This document shows positions 56,248-64,000 of a stretch of 64,000 nt of DNA, in pieces. Position 1 is the stretch's first letter, and each line of letters starts with the position of its first letter. The stretch comes from Vulcanimicrobiota bacterium. GTDB taxonomy: Bacteria; Vulcanimicrobiota; Vulcanimicrobiia; Vulcanimicrobiales; Vulcanimicrobiaceae. Below the pieces are notes generated by a model. That model had not been told where the DNA came from. It worked only from the letters and a program-made list of their open reading frames with translations, and made no database searches. The position numbers were made by a program, and so were the translations under genes. The stretch lies in the NCBI GenBank assembly GCA_963695225.1, contig OY968762.1, positions 2,048,001 through 2,112,000 on the forward strand, read 5' to 3'.

Positions 56248-57645
56248 TTACCTCCGCGCGACGCGCCGCAGATAGTCTTTTGCGACGGCGAGTTGCTCGT
56301 CTTTCGGTGAATCGATGATGGTGGGTTCGATCGGCTGGTCCACCGGGATATCGGGATCGATGCCCTTGTGGTGGATGTCGCGGCCGGTCGGCGTTACGTA
56401 CCTGGCGGTCGTGATCTTGAGCGCGCCGCCGTCGCGCATGTTGTAGATGCTTTGTACGACGCCTTTTCCGAACGTTTTGGTTCCGATCAAAGTTCCTACC
56501 TTATAGTCCTGAACCGCCCCAGCCGTGATCTCGGATGCGCTGGCGGTGTACTTGTTCACCAGGATGACGAGCGGAGCGGCGCCGATCGATTCGCGGGTCG
56601 AGGTCCGCGTTTCGCGGTTCCCCTCCCGGTCGATCTGCGTGACGATCGTCCCGTCGGGGATGAACAGGCTCGAGATCTGCACCGCGGCCTCGAGGAGCCC
56701 GCCGCCGTTGTTGCGCAGATCGAGGATGTAGCCTTTCGCGCCGCGTTCCTTCCCGTCGAGCATCGCCTTGCGGACTTCGTCGTATGAAGTTTGGCCGAAA
56801 TCGAGCAAACGGACGTATTCGAAGCCGTCCTCCATCTTCGCGTGGACCGAAGGGACGACGATCTGCCCGCGTGTGACGGCGACGGTCCGGCGCGCTCCTC
56901 CGGCATGCGCTCTCAGCAGGAGTCGTACGAGGGTTCCCTTGGGACCCCGAATCTCGTGCTCGACCTGGTCGAGCGAGAGTCCGGCGCTCGAGACGCCGTC
57001 GACGGCAAGGACCTCGTCGCCCGGCTTGACCCCGGCCCGGTCGGCCGGCAGCCCTTCGATCGGATCGACCAAGATCTGCTTCGTTTTGGCGTCCTGCACG
57101 ATGTAGACGCCGATCCCGCCGAAATCGCCGCCGCGCAGGGACTCTTCGAGCGCCGCGATTTCGTGCGGCGAGAGGTACGTCGTGTAAGGATCCCCGAGCG
57201 AACTCATCATCCCGCGGATCGCGACTTGCGTCAGCTCGCTCTCCTGGCCGGCCCCCGCCGCGCCTTCGGCGGCGAGCAGCGTGCGGTTGAGGACGTTCTC
57301 GTCGTGCAGCCGGTCGCCGCTCATCTGCTCGTCGGGGAAGCGCAGATTCGCGACGTGATGCTCTTTGAAGTACGCGCTCAACTCCTTGCGCTCGCCGTCG
57401 AGGAGCGTTTGAGCCTGGAACGGCTTGTAATAGTGCTCCTGAACCTGCCGGAAGGCGGTATCGAGCAGTTCCTCGGAGGGCCGGCGAAACGCCGAGCTCA
57501 CGTCCAGCGCGGCGACGTCGGTCCCATCCTGGAGCGCCGTGCCGGCGGCCGGCGGCGCCGTCGGCGGCGCGACGAAGCGATACGCCCCGAGCGCGACGAG
57601 CGAGAAGGCGAGAATGAGGACTAAGGCTCTTGAGGTCGTGCGCAC
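56248..57645 (-). CDS. S41 carboxyl-terminal processing protease (PDZ), paralogue 1
   Basis: DPYT.Y, FGGIG, LDLRNNGGG, TASASEI, TFGKG.VQ. Confidence 0.93.
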   Translation of the reverse strand: MRTTSRALVLILAFSLVALGAYRFVAPPTAPPAAGTALQDGTDVAALDVSSAFRRPSEELLDTAFRQVQEHYYKPFQAQTLLDGERKELSAYFKEHHVANLRFPDEQMSGDRLHDENVLNRTLLAAEGAAGAGQESELTQVAIRGMMSSLGDPYTTYLSPHEIAALEESLRGGDFGGIGVYIVQDAKTKQILVDPIEGLPADRAGVKPGDEVLAVDGVSSAGLSLDQVEHEIRGPKGTLVRLLLRAHAGGARRTVAVTRGQIVVPSVHAKMEDGFEYVRLLDFGQTSYDEVRKAMLDGKERGAKGYILDLRNNGGGLLEAAVQISSLFIPDGTIVTQIDREGNRETRTSTRESIGAAPLVILVNKYTASASEITAGAVQDYKVGTLIGTKTFGKGVVQSIYNMRDGGALKITTARYVTPTGRDIHHKGIDPDIPVDQPIEPTIIDSPKDEQLAVAKDYLRRVARR

Positions 57646-57725
57646 TCGAAGCTAGTTCCTAGACCCGGGCCCTTAGGAGATTTGGGGGGAGTCGGCTACG
57701 GTTCGCGGGTCGGGGCGTCTCCCCC

Positions 57726-58922
57726 TTATCGTAATCGGCCGGTCGGGTCGACGGCTACTCCGTTGACCCGAACTTCGAAGTGGAGGTGGGGACCGGTCGA
57801 CCGCCCGGTGCTGCCGACGGCGCCGATCGCCTGACCGCGCTGGACCTCTTGCCCGTTCGAAACGAAGATTTGGGAACAGTGGCCGTACAGAGTCGAGACC
57901 GCCCCGTCGTGGTCGATGACGATCGTGTTTCCGTACCCGCTTTCCCAGCCCGCGTAGATGACGGTCCCGCTCGCGGCGGCGGTGATCGTCGCCCCCATCG
58001 GGGCGCCGATGTCGATGCCGTCATGCCGCCGCGTCCGGCCGGTGATCGGGTCGCTCCGCACGCCGAACGGCGAGGTGATCGGACCCGACGCGGGCCACGA
58101 GAAAAGACCCGGTCCGTTTTCGGCGGGGAGCGTCTCGCCGGCGAGCTGGCGCGCCCGGCGCTCCGCCTCGCGGCGGGCGGCTTCCTCGCGCTGGCGCTGG
58201 ACGATCATCGCGCCGAGCTGTGCCTCTTCCTCCGCGGACGTCTCCTCGAGCTCCGTGACTTCCTGGGCAACGTGCCGCCGCTCGAGGTCGGCTTGGGCGA
58301 CGAGCATCTGCCGCTGGTCGGCCAGCGCCGCAAGTTGCGAGCGCTTCTGCTCTTCGGCGGCCTGCGCGGCGACGAGATCGCGGTGGTCGCTTTCGAGCTG
58401 CGCCTGGATCGCGGCGACTTTTTCTTCGGCGGCGCGCCGCTCGCGCACGGTCTGCTGATTCTGCGCGACGAGCAGCCGGATGTCGTCCCAGCGCTGGACG
58501 AAATCCGTGAAGGAGGTCGCCGAGAACAACACGTTCAGATAGCTGAGTTCGCCGTGCTCGTAGGCGTCGACCAGGCGTCGCTTGAGCGCGTCGCTGTGCC
58601 GCTCGAGCGTCGCGCGCGCGGCCGCCAGCCGGCGTTCGTTCAAAGCGGCACGCCCCTCGTTCCAGCGCACTTGGGCCCGCACGACGTCGAGCGACGCGGC
58701 GACGCGGTGCATGCTCCGATTCGTCTCCGCGAGCTGATTCTGCAGCTCGAGCTGGCGCGATCTCGCCCGGTCGAGCTGCGAGCGCTTCTCGTTGAGCTTG
58801 AGGTGAACGCCGTGGATCTCTTGCTGCTGGCGCTTGATCTTCGCCGCGATGTCGGCGTGCGCGGAACCGGATGCCGCGAACGCGGCGCACGCCGCGAAGG
58901 CGAGGGCGGCGCGCGCTCTCAC
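57726..58922 (-). CDS. EnvC/CwlO-like coiled-coil + M23 peptidase
   Basis: Signal peptide, long coiled coil, HDGIDIG, GYGN, LYGH, STGPHLHFEV; GTGA overlap with ftsX. Confidence 0.9.
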   Translation of the reverse strand: MRARAALAFAACAAFAASGSAHADIAAKIKRQQQEIHGVHLKLNEKRSQLDRARSRQLELQNQLAETNRSMHRVAASLDVVRAQVRWNEGRAALNERRLAAARATLERHSDALKRRLVDAYEHGELSYLNVLFSATSFTDFVQRWDDIRLLVAQNQQTVRERRAAEEKVAAIQAQLESDHRDLVAAQAAEEQKRSQLAALADQRQMLVAQADLERRHVAQEVTELEETSAEEEAQLGAMIVQRQREEAARREAERRARQLAGETLPAENGPGLFSWPASGPITSPFGVRSDPITGRTRRHDGIDIGAPMGATITAAASGTVIYAGWESGYGNTIVIDHDGAVSTLYGHCSQIFVSNGQEVQRGQAIGAVGSTGRSTGPHLHFEVRVNGVAVDPTGRLR

Positions 58923-59800
58923 GCGCGCAGGTGCCGCCCGACGGAGAACCACGAGGCGAGGATTCCGACGAGCGCCCCGGTGCCGAGCAGCTCGAGGACG
59001 AGCGACGTGGTGTGCGGCGCCGCCGTCGCGATGGGAAGGAACGGGAGCGCCGTCATCAACTTCGGCATCAGTTGGGCGCGCGCGATCCCCAGGAGTCCGA
59101 TCGCGAGCGCCGCCCCGAGCACGCCGTCGATGAAACCTTCGAAGATGAACGGGCCGCTCACGTAGGCGCTCGACGCCCCGACGAGCTGCATGATCGAGAT
59201 CTCGCGGCGCCGAGCGAAGACGGTCAAGCGGATCGTGTTCGAAATGATGATCGCCGCCGTGATCAGCAGCAGGCCGACGATCACGAGCCCGATGCGGGCC
59301 ATCGTATCGGAGAAACGCAGCATCTTCGTGACGGCGTCCTGGGCGTAGACGACCTCGCGGACGCCCGGCATCTGCCCGATCGAATCGGCGACGGCGTGGA
59401 CGGTCTCCGCTTCCACGACCTTCACGCGCAGCGCGTCCGGGAGCGGGTTCGCGGTCAGCAGCGAGGTGTCGATCTGGCCTTTCAGACGGCGCTGCATCTG
59501 CTTGAGGCCCTCGGACTTCGGCACGTATAGGACGCTGCGCACGCGCGGATCGCTTGCGATCCGCACGCGCAGCGCGCGCACGCCCTTTTCGTCGAGGCCG
59601 TCGTTCAGGTAGACCGAGATCTCGATCTTGTTGATGATGTCGTTCCCGATCCCGCTGACGAGCTCGCGCGAGAAGAGGAAGCTGCCCAGGATCAGTATCA
59701 TGATCGCGACCGTCAAGATCGCGGTGATTTGCAGGACGGCCGTCCGCGAGAAATTCCGCGCGACCTCACTGAAGAAGAATCGTACGCGTCCCCAATCCAT
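58919..59800 (-). CDS. ftsX: Cell division permease FtsX
   Basis: NPLP, IISNTIRLTVFARRREISIMQLVGA, PFI.EG. Confidence 0.93.
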   Translation of the reverse strand: MDWGRVRFFFSEVARNFSRTAVLQITAILTVAIMILILGSFLFSRELVSGIGNDIINKIEISVYLNDGLDEKGVRALRVRIASDPRVRSVLYVPKSEGLKQMQRRLKGQIDTSLLTANPLPDALRVKVVEAETVHAVADSIGQMPGVREVVYAQDAVTKMLRFSDTMARIGLVIVGLLLITAAIIISNTIRLTVFARRREISIMQLVGASSAYVSGPFIFEGFIDGVLGAALAIGLLGIARAQLMPKLMTALPFLPIATAAPHTTSLVLELLGTGALVGILASWFSVGRHLRA

Positions 59801-59811
59801 CGGCTACCCCC

Positions 59812-60555
59812 TCAAATCGAACGGACCGCCGGATGGATGTCGACCTGATACGCCCCGACGGCCAGGCCGCCGCGAACGAGATCGTACGAGCCGCGCTCGT
59901 CGTCGGCGATGATCTTACCCCGTTCGAGCCGGATCACGCGCCGCCGCATCCGGTCGACGACGATCGAGTTGTGCGTCGCCACGACCACCGTGGTGCCCTT
60001 GAGATTGATGCGTGAGAGCAGCTCCATGATCTCGGTAGTGTTCGTCGGATCGAGATTCCCGGTCGGCTCGTCGCAGAGCAGCAGCTTGGGGTTGTTGACG
60101 AGCGCGCGGGCGATCGCCGTGCGCTGCTGTTCGCCGCCGGAGAGTTCGCTCGGAAACGCGCGGCTCTTCTGGGCGAGCCCGACGAGATCGAGCACGCGCG
60201 GAACTTGGCGCATGATGTCGTTCGTCGCCGCCCCGGTCACGTGCATCGCGTAGGCGACGTTCTCCCAGACCGTCTTGTCGGAGAGAAGCTTGTAGTCTTG
60301 GAACACGACGCCGAGTTGCCGGCGCAGCTTCGGAATCGACGAGCGGCGCAGCGTATCGACGCGGACGTTGTCGACGAATACTTCGCCGGCGCTGGGGAGC
60401 TGCTCGCGATAGAGCAGTCGCAGCAAGCTGGATTTGCCGGTCCCGGAATGGCCGACCAAAAAGGCAAAGCTGCCCTTTGCGACCTCAAGGTCGACTCCGT
60501 CGAGGGCTCGCGTCCCGTTCGGGTACACGAGCGAAACGCCCCGTAGCGAGATCAT
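59812..60555 (-). CDS. ftsE: Cell division ATPase FtsE
   Basis: GHSGTGKS, GVVFQDYKLL, LSGGEQQR, DEPTGNLDP, GTTVVVATH. Confidence 0.93.
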   Translation of the reverse strand: MISLRGVSLVYPNGTRALDGVDLEVAKGSFAFLVGHSGTGKSSLLRLLYREQLPSAGEVFVDNVRVDTLRRSSIPKLRRQLGVVFQDYKLLSDKTVWENVAYAMHVTGAATNDIMRQVPRVLDLVGLAQKSRAFPSELSGGEQQRTAIARALVNNPKLLLCDEPTGNLDPTNTTEIMELLSRINLKGTTVVVATHNSIVVDRMRRRVIRLERGKIIADDERGSYDLVRGGLAVGAYQVDIHPAVRSI

Positions 60556-60628
60556 CCGGCCCCGGGCGTGGCGCGTGACGACATTGGCGGAAGGGTTTGG
60601 CCCCCCGACAGAGGGAGACCTCTACGCT

Positions 60629-61777
60629 ATGAACTTCGATTTGACCGACGAGCAGAAAGCTATCCAGTCGCTTTGCCGCGAGTTCGCGCAGGGCGAAGTG
60701 GCGCCGCGCGCCGAGGCGATGGACGCGAACGAGGAATTCCCGTACGATCTCGTCCGCAAGATGGCGGAGCTCGGGCTGATGGGCTTGCCCTTCCCCGAGG
60801 AATACGGCGGGGCCGGCGCGGACACGGTCTCCTACGCGCTCGCCGTCATGGAGCTCGCGCGGGCGGATGCGTCGACGGCGATCACGCTTGCGGCGCACGT
60901 CTCGCTCGGGAGCACGCCGTTCTACCTGTTCGGCACCGAGGAACAGAAGCGGCGGTATCTCGTCCCGCTCGCGCAGGGAACGATGCTGTGGGGATTCGGG
61001 CTGACCGAGCCGCAGGCCGGGAGCGACGCAGGCGGGACGCGCACGCGCGCCCAGCTTCACGACGGGCACTGGATCGTCAACGGGACGAAGGCGTTCATTA
61101 CGAACAGCGGCACGACGCTCACGGGCGGGACGACGATCACGGCGGTCACGGGGAGCGACGAACGCGGGCGGCCCGAGATCTCGAACCTGATCGTCCCCCA
61201 GGATACGCCCGGCTTCACGCGGAGCCGCAAGTACAAGAAGATGGGCTGGCGCGCCTCCGACACGCGCGAACTCGCCTTCGCCGACGCCGTGATTCCCGAG
61301 GAGAACCTGCTCGGCGTGCGCGGCGAGGGCCTCAAGCAGTTCCTGAAGGTCCTCGACGGCGGGCGGATCTCGGTCGCGGCCCTCTCCGTCGGCCTCTCGA
61401 TGGGCGCCTACGACGAGGCCCTCAAGTACGCGAAGGAGCGCCACCAGTTCGGCCGGCCCATCTCGAAATTTCAGGCGATTCAATTCAAGCTGGCCGACAT
61501 GCTCACCGAGATCGAGCACGCCAAGATCATGGTCCTCAAAGCCGCCTGGGAGAAGGACAACGGGCGCGATTTTGCCCTGACCGCGAGCCTCGCGAAGCTC
61601 TTCTCCGGCGAACTTTCGAACCGAGTCGTCAACGAGGCAGTCCAAATCCACGGCGGCTACGGGTTCATGGACGAGTATCCGGTCTCGCGCATGTATCGCG
61701 ACCAGAAGATCAACGAAATCGGCGAAGGCACGAACGAGATCCAGCGCCTCGTGATCGCGCGAATGCTCGGCCTCTAG
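60629..61777 (+). CDS. Acyl-CoA dehydrogenase
   Basis: FGLTEPQAGSD, NGTKAFITN, RHQFG, QIHGGYG, EIGEGTNEIQR; AGGGAG RBS. Confidence 0.95.
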   Translation: MNFDLTDEQKAIQSLCREFAQGEVAPRAEAMDANEEFPYDLVRKMAELGLMGLPFPEEYGGAGADTVSYALAVMELARADASTAITLAAHVSLGSTPFYLFGTEEQKRRYLVPLAQGTMLWGFGLTEPQAGSDAGGTRTRAQLHDGHWIVNGTKAFITNSGTTLTGGTTITAVTGSDERGRPEISNLIVPQDTPGFTRSRKYKKMGWRASDTRELAFADAVIPEENLLGVRGEGLKQFLKVLDGGRISVAALSVGLSMGAYDEALKYAKERHQFGRPISKFQAIQFKLADMLTEIEHAKIMVLKAAWEKDNGRDFALTASLAKLFSGELSNRVVNEAVQIHGGYGFMDEYPVSRMYRDQKINEIGEGTNEIQRLVIARMLGL

Positions 61778-61828
61778 CCGCCGTCCCCACGATTCCCCGC
61801 CGCGGCGCGGGACGGAGGCTTCCCAACG

Positions 61829-62392
61829 ATGCGGCTCTCGCTCAGAACGGCGCTCGGCGCCCTGCCCGCCCTCGCGCTCACGCTGCTCGCGGCGAGCCCC
61901 GCGGTCGCCGAGCTGAAGACGGGAACGCCCGCGCCTTCGTTCGCAACGCAGGCCTCGCTCGGCGGGAAGACGTTCACGTTCGACCTCGCCCGCGCCCTCG
62001 CGTCGGGCCCCGTCGTCCTCTACTTCTACCCGGAAGCGTTCACCACGGGCTGCACCATCGAAGCGCACGACTTCGCCGAGCACATGGGCGACTACAAGAA
62101 GCTCGGCGCCACCGTCATCGGCGTCTCCGGCGACGACATCGAGAAGCTCCGCAAGTTCTCCGTCTCCGAATGCCGCAGCAAATTCCCGGTCGCCGCCGAT
62201 CTCGATTTGAAGATCGCGACGGCCTACGACGCAAAGATCGGCCTTGGCCCCGTCGCCTACGCGAACCGCACGTCCTACGTCATCGCCCGCGACGGCAAGA
62301 TCGCCTACGCCTACACCTCGATGGACCCGGAAGAACACGTAGCAAACACCCTAGCCGCCCTCAGAAAACTAACGCCGAAACGCCAGCCGTAA
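61829..62392 (+). CDS. Exported BCP/PrxQ-type peroxiredoxin
   Basis: Signal peptide, VVLYFYPEAFTTGCTIEA, VIGVS.D, RTSYVI..DG.I. Confidence 0.88.
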   Translation: MRLSLRTALGALPALALTLLAASPAVAELKTGTPAPSFATQASLGGKTFTFDLARALASGPVVLYFYPEAFTTGCTIEAHDFAEHMGDYKKLGATVIGVSGDDIEKLRKFSVSECRSKFPVAADLDLKIATAYDAKIGLGPVAYANRTSYVIARDGKIAYAYTSMDPEEHVANTLAALRKLTPKRQP

Positions 62393-62396
62393 GGTA

Positions 62397-62547
62397 GCGC
62401 CCGGGGGAGGGCGACGTTCTCCCTCGGGGCGTGCAGCTTGCCCGCGAAGCCACGATGGCGGGAGCGGGCAAGTGCACGAGTAGCGATTTCGCATGGATGC
62501 GAAATCGCGGGCGTCCCCGGGGGGGAATGTCGCCCTCCCCCGGGCGC
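62397..62547 (+). repeat. Dispersed 151-nt structured element, copy 3
   Basis: 33-bp arms at 62397-62429 / 62515-62547 with three G-T pairs; core 62430-62514. Confidence 0.92.
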
Positions 62548-62548
62548 A

Positions 62549-62628
62549 GCCGGCCGTCAAACGCCGGCCGTCAAACGCCGGCCGCCAAACGCCGGCTGCC
62601 AAACGCCAGTCTGCCAAACGCCGGCTGC
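62549..62628. repeat. Tandem array of about 5.6 copies of a 14-nt unit GCCGGCYGYCAAAC
   Basis: gccggccgtcaaac x2, gccggccgccaaac, gccggctgccaaac, gccagtctgccaaac, gccggctgc. Confidence 0.9.
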
Positions 62629-62640
62629 GAGCGTGCGCTT

Positions 62641-63999
62641 CTAGCTTAGCGGGACGAGCTTCGGCTCGGCGGCCGTGAGGTCGATCCGGTGCGCGCCCTT
62701 CGCTTCGGCCGCCTCGGCCAACTCGCGGCTCGTGGTGAAGACGACCGTTTGCGTTTCGGCTGCGGCGGTGCGCAGGATCGGGAAGCCGCGCGCGATGCGT
62801 TCGTCGTCCCAGAACGCGAACGGATCGTCCAGCAGGAGCGGCGTCGGCTCGAGGCCTTCGCCGAACATGCGGGCCATCGCGAGGCGCACGACGAGGAACG
62901 TCTGCTCGCGCGTCCCCGCGGAGAGCCGGTCCAATTCGACGATCGCGCCGGTTTCGGGGGCGCGCACGCGGATGGCGAGCGTCGTCGGATCGACCCGGAT
63001 ATCGCGGTAGCGCCGGTTCGTGACCGTCGCCAGGGTGCGGACCGCGTAATCTTCCAGGCGGCGCGCGAACTTGTGATGCGATTCCTTCGTGCGCTCCTCG
63101 ATCGTCGCGCGCGCGAGCGTGACGGCGGCTTCGAACGCTTCGAGCCGGGCGCAGCTTTCGCCGAGCGCGGCGATGCGTTCGTCGATCTCGGCAAGGCTTC
63201 CGACGTGCATTTCGGCGGCCTGCAGTTGCGCGCCGGCCTCGATCGCATCGTTCTTCGTTTCGGTCATGCGCCGCTGGAGCGCGGAGCGGTCGCCCTCGAT
63301 CGAGCGTAAGGTGACGCCTTCCTCGGCCGCGGCCGGGTTCGTCCCGACGGAGAGCAATTCGGCGAGCTCGTGTTCGAGCGCGTACTCGTCCTCGCCGCCG
63401 AGCGCGTTCGCGCGCTGCACGTGCAGCATCTGCAGGCGCGACTCGATCCCCTCGCGCGTGCTCTTGCGCTCGGCCCGCACGCGCGCGGCGGCGAGCGCGG
63501 CGGCGCGGTCGGGGCTCGCGACCTCCAGCGTCCGGGCCAGCTCGTCGAACGCGGCGGCGGCTTCGTCGCGGCGGCGCACGGCCTCGCTCGCGCTTGCCTG
63601 CGCGTGCTCCGAGGTTTCCTTTCGCAGGCGCAGTTCGTCGTGCCGGTGGCGCCGCGCGCGCAACTCGTCGAGCGAGACCACGCCGAGCGGGGCGAGGATC
63701 GCTCTCACCTGCGCGGCAGCGCGGTGCTCCTCGGTGACGGCGGCATCGGCCTTGCGCTGCAGATTCACCGCTCGCTCGCGGAGTTCGCGGCGCCCGAACG
63801 TCGAGCGCAGCGAGATGCCGACGAGGACGATGCCGATGAACGCCGCGAGCGCGGTCGGGATCCAGAGCTGCAGGAACGCGATCGTGATCGCGGCGACGAT
63901 CGCGATGAGGCCGAGGCCCGCGAGCGCGCCGTCGAGGCCGCTCCCGCGTTCCGCGTCGCGCCGGGCGGTGACGGCGGCGTCGGCGGCGACGGCCGCTTC
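62641..63999 (-). CDS. YhaN/AAA_27-type SMC-like ATPase, C-terminal part (5' end outside the window)
   Basis: Frame open to the window end; TM hairpin, coiled coil, LSAGTREQ.FL..RLA signature, LLLDDPFAFWDDER Walker B. Confidence 0.85.
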   Translation of the reverse strand, partial: EAAVAADAAVTARRDAERGSGLDGALAGLGLIAIVAAITIAFLQLWIPTALAAFIGIVLVGISLRSTFGRRELRERAVNLQRKADAAVTEEHRAAAQVRAILAPLGVVSLDELRARRHRHDELRLRKETSEHAQASASEAVRRRDEAAAAFDELARTLEVASPDRAAALAAARVRAERKSTREGIESRLQMLHVQRANALGGEDEYALEHELAELLSVGTNPAAAEEGVTLRSIEGDRSALQRRMTETKNDAIEAGAQLQAAEMHVGSLAEIDERIAALGESCARLEAFEAAVTLARATIEERTKESHHKFARRLEDYAVRTLATVTNRRYRDIRVDPTTLAIRVRAPETGAIVELDRLSAGTREQTFLVVRLAMARMFGEGLEPTPLLLDDPFAFWDDERIARGFPILRTAAAETQTVVFTTSRELAEAAEAKGAHRIDLTAAEPKLVPLS

Positions 64000-64000
64000 C

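Noticed and set aside
62549..62628. CRISPR array
   Set aside because: Units are contiguous 14-mers without unique spacers; no cas genes in the window.

Overview
High-GC bacterial chromosomal window, almost entirely housekeeping. Gene content points to a diderm Terrabacteria lineage, plausibly Eremiobacterota/Vulcanimicrobiota-like; this taxonomy is inference only. 1-18.1 kb is an outer-membrane biogenesis cluster: tamB, bamA, three skp/ompH paralogues, lpxD-lpxC-fabZ-lpxA, lpxB, a metallophosphoesterase, an LpxB-related GT, an O-antigen-ligase-like gene, lptC-lptB-lptF/G, DUF3084 and a yqgF-like gene. It is followed by a small accessory patch (VOC, aldo/keto reductase, RHH-PemK toxin-antitoxin), a large SLH-beta-barrel protein with TPR and GT4 genes, recQ, dnaX-ybaB-recR, a split MoxR/DUF58/DUF4350/DUF4129/SpoIIM/RDD cluster, minC-minD-minD-minE-rodA-rne/rng, ftsE-ftsX-envC-ctpA-ctpA, an acyl-CoA dehydrogenase, a peroxiredoxin and a truncated YhaN-like ATPase. 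The most unusual signal is non-coding. A 151-nt structured element occurs three times (9910-10060 +, 49288-49438 -, 62397-62547 +). It has 33-bp outer arms that diverge but stay paired, compensatory changes, strand-consistent G-U pairs, GGA-containing hairpin loops and GTAG motifs, and two copies adjoin strongly skewed coding sequence. Other candidates are an LpxH-substitute phosphoesterase in the lipid A operon, several apparent ATT/CTG starts, a RecQ with a PcrA-type Tudor tail and tandem MinD paralogues. All product calls come from motif recognition by eye; no database search was run.
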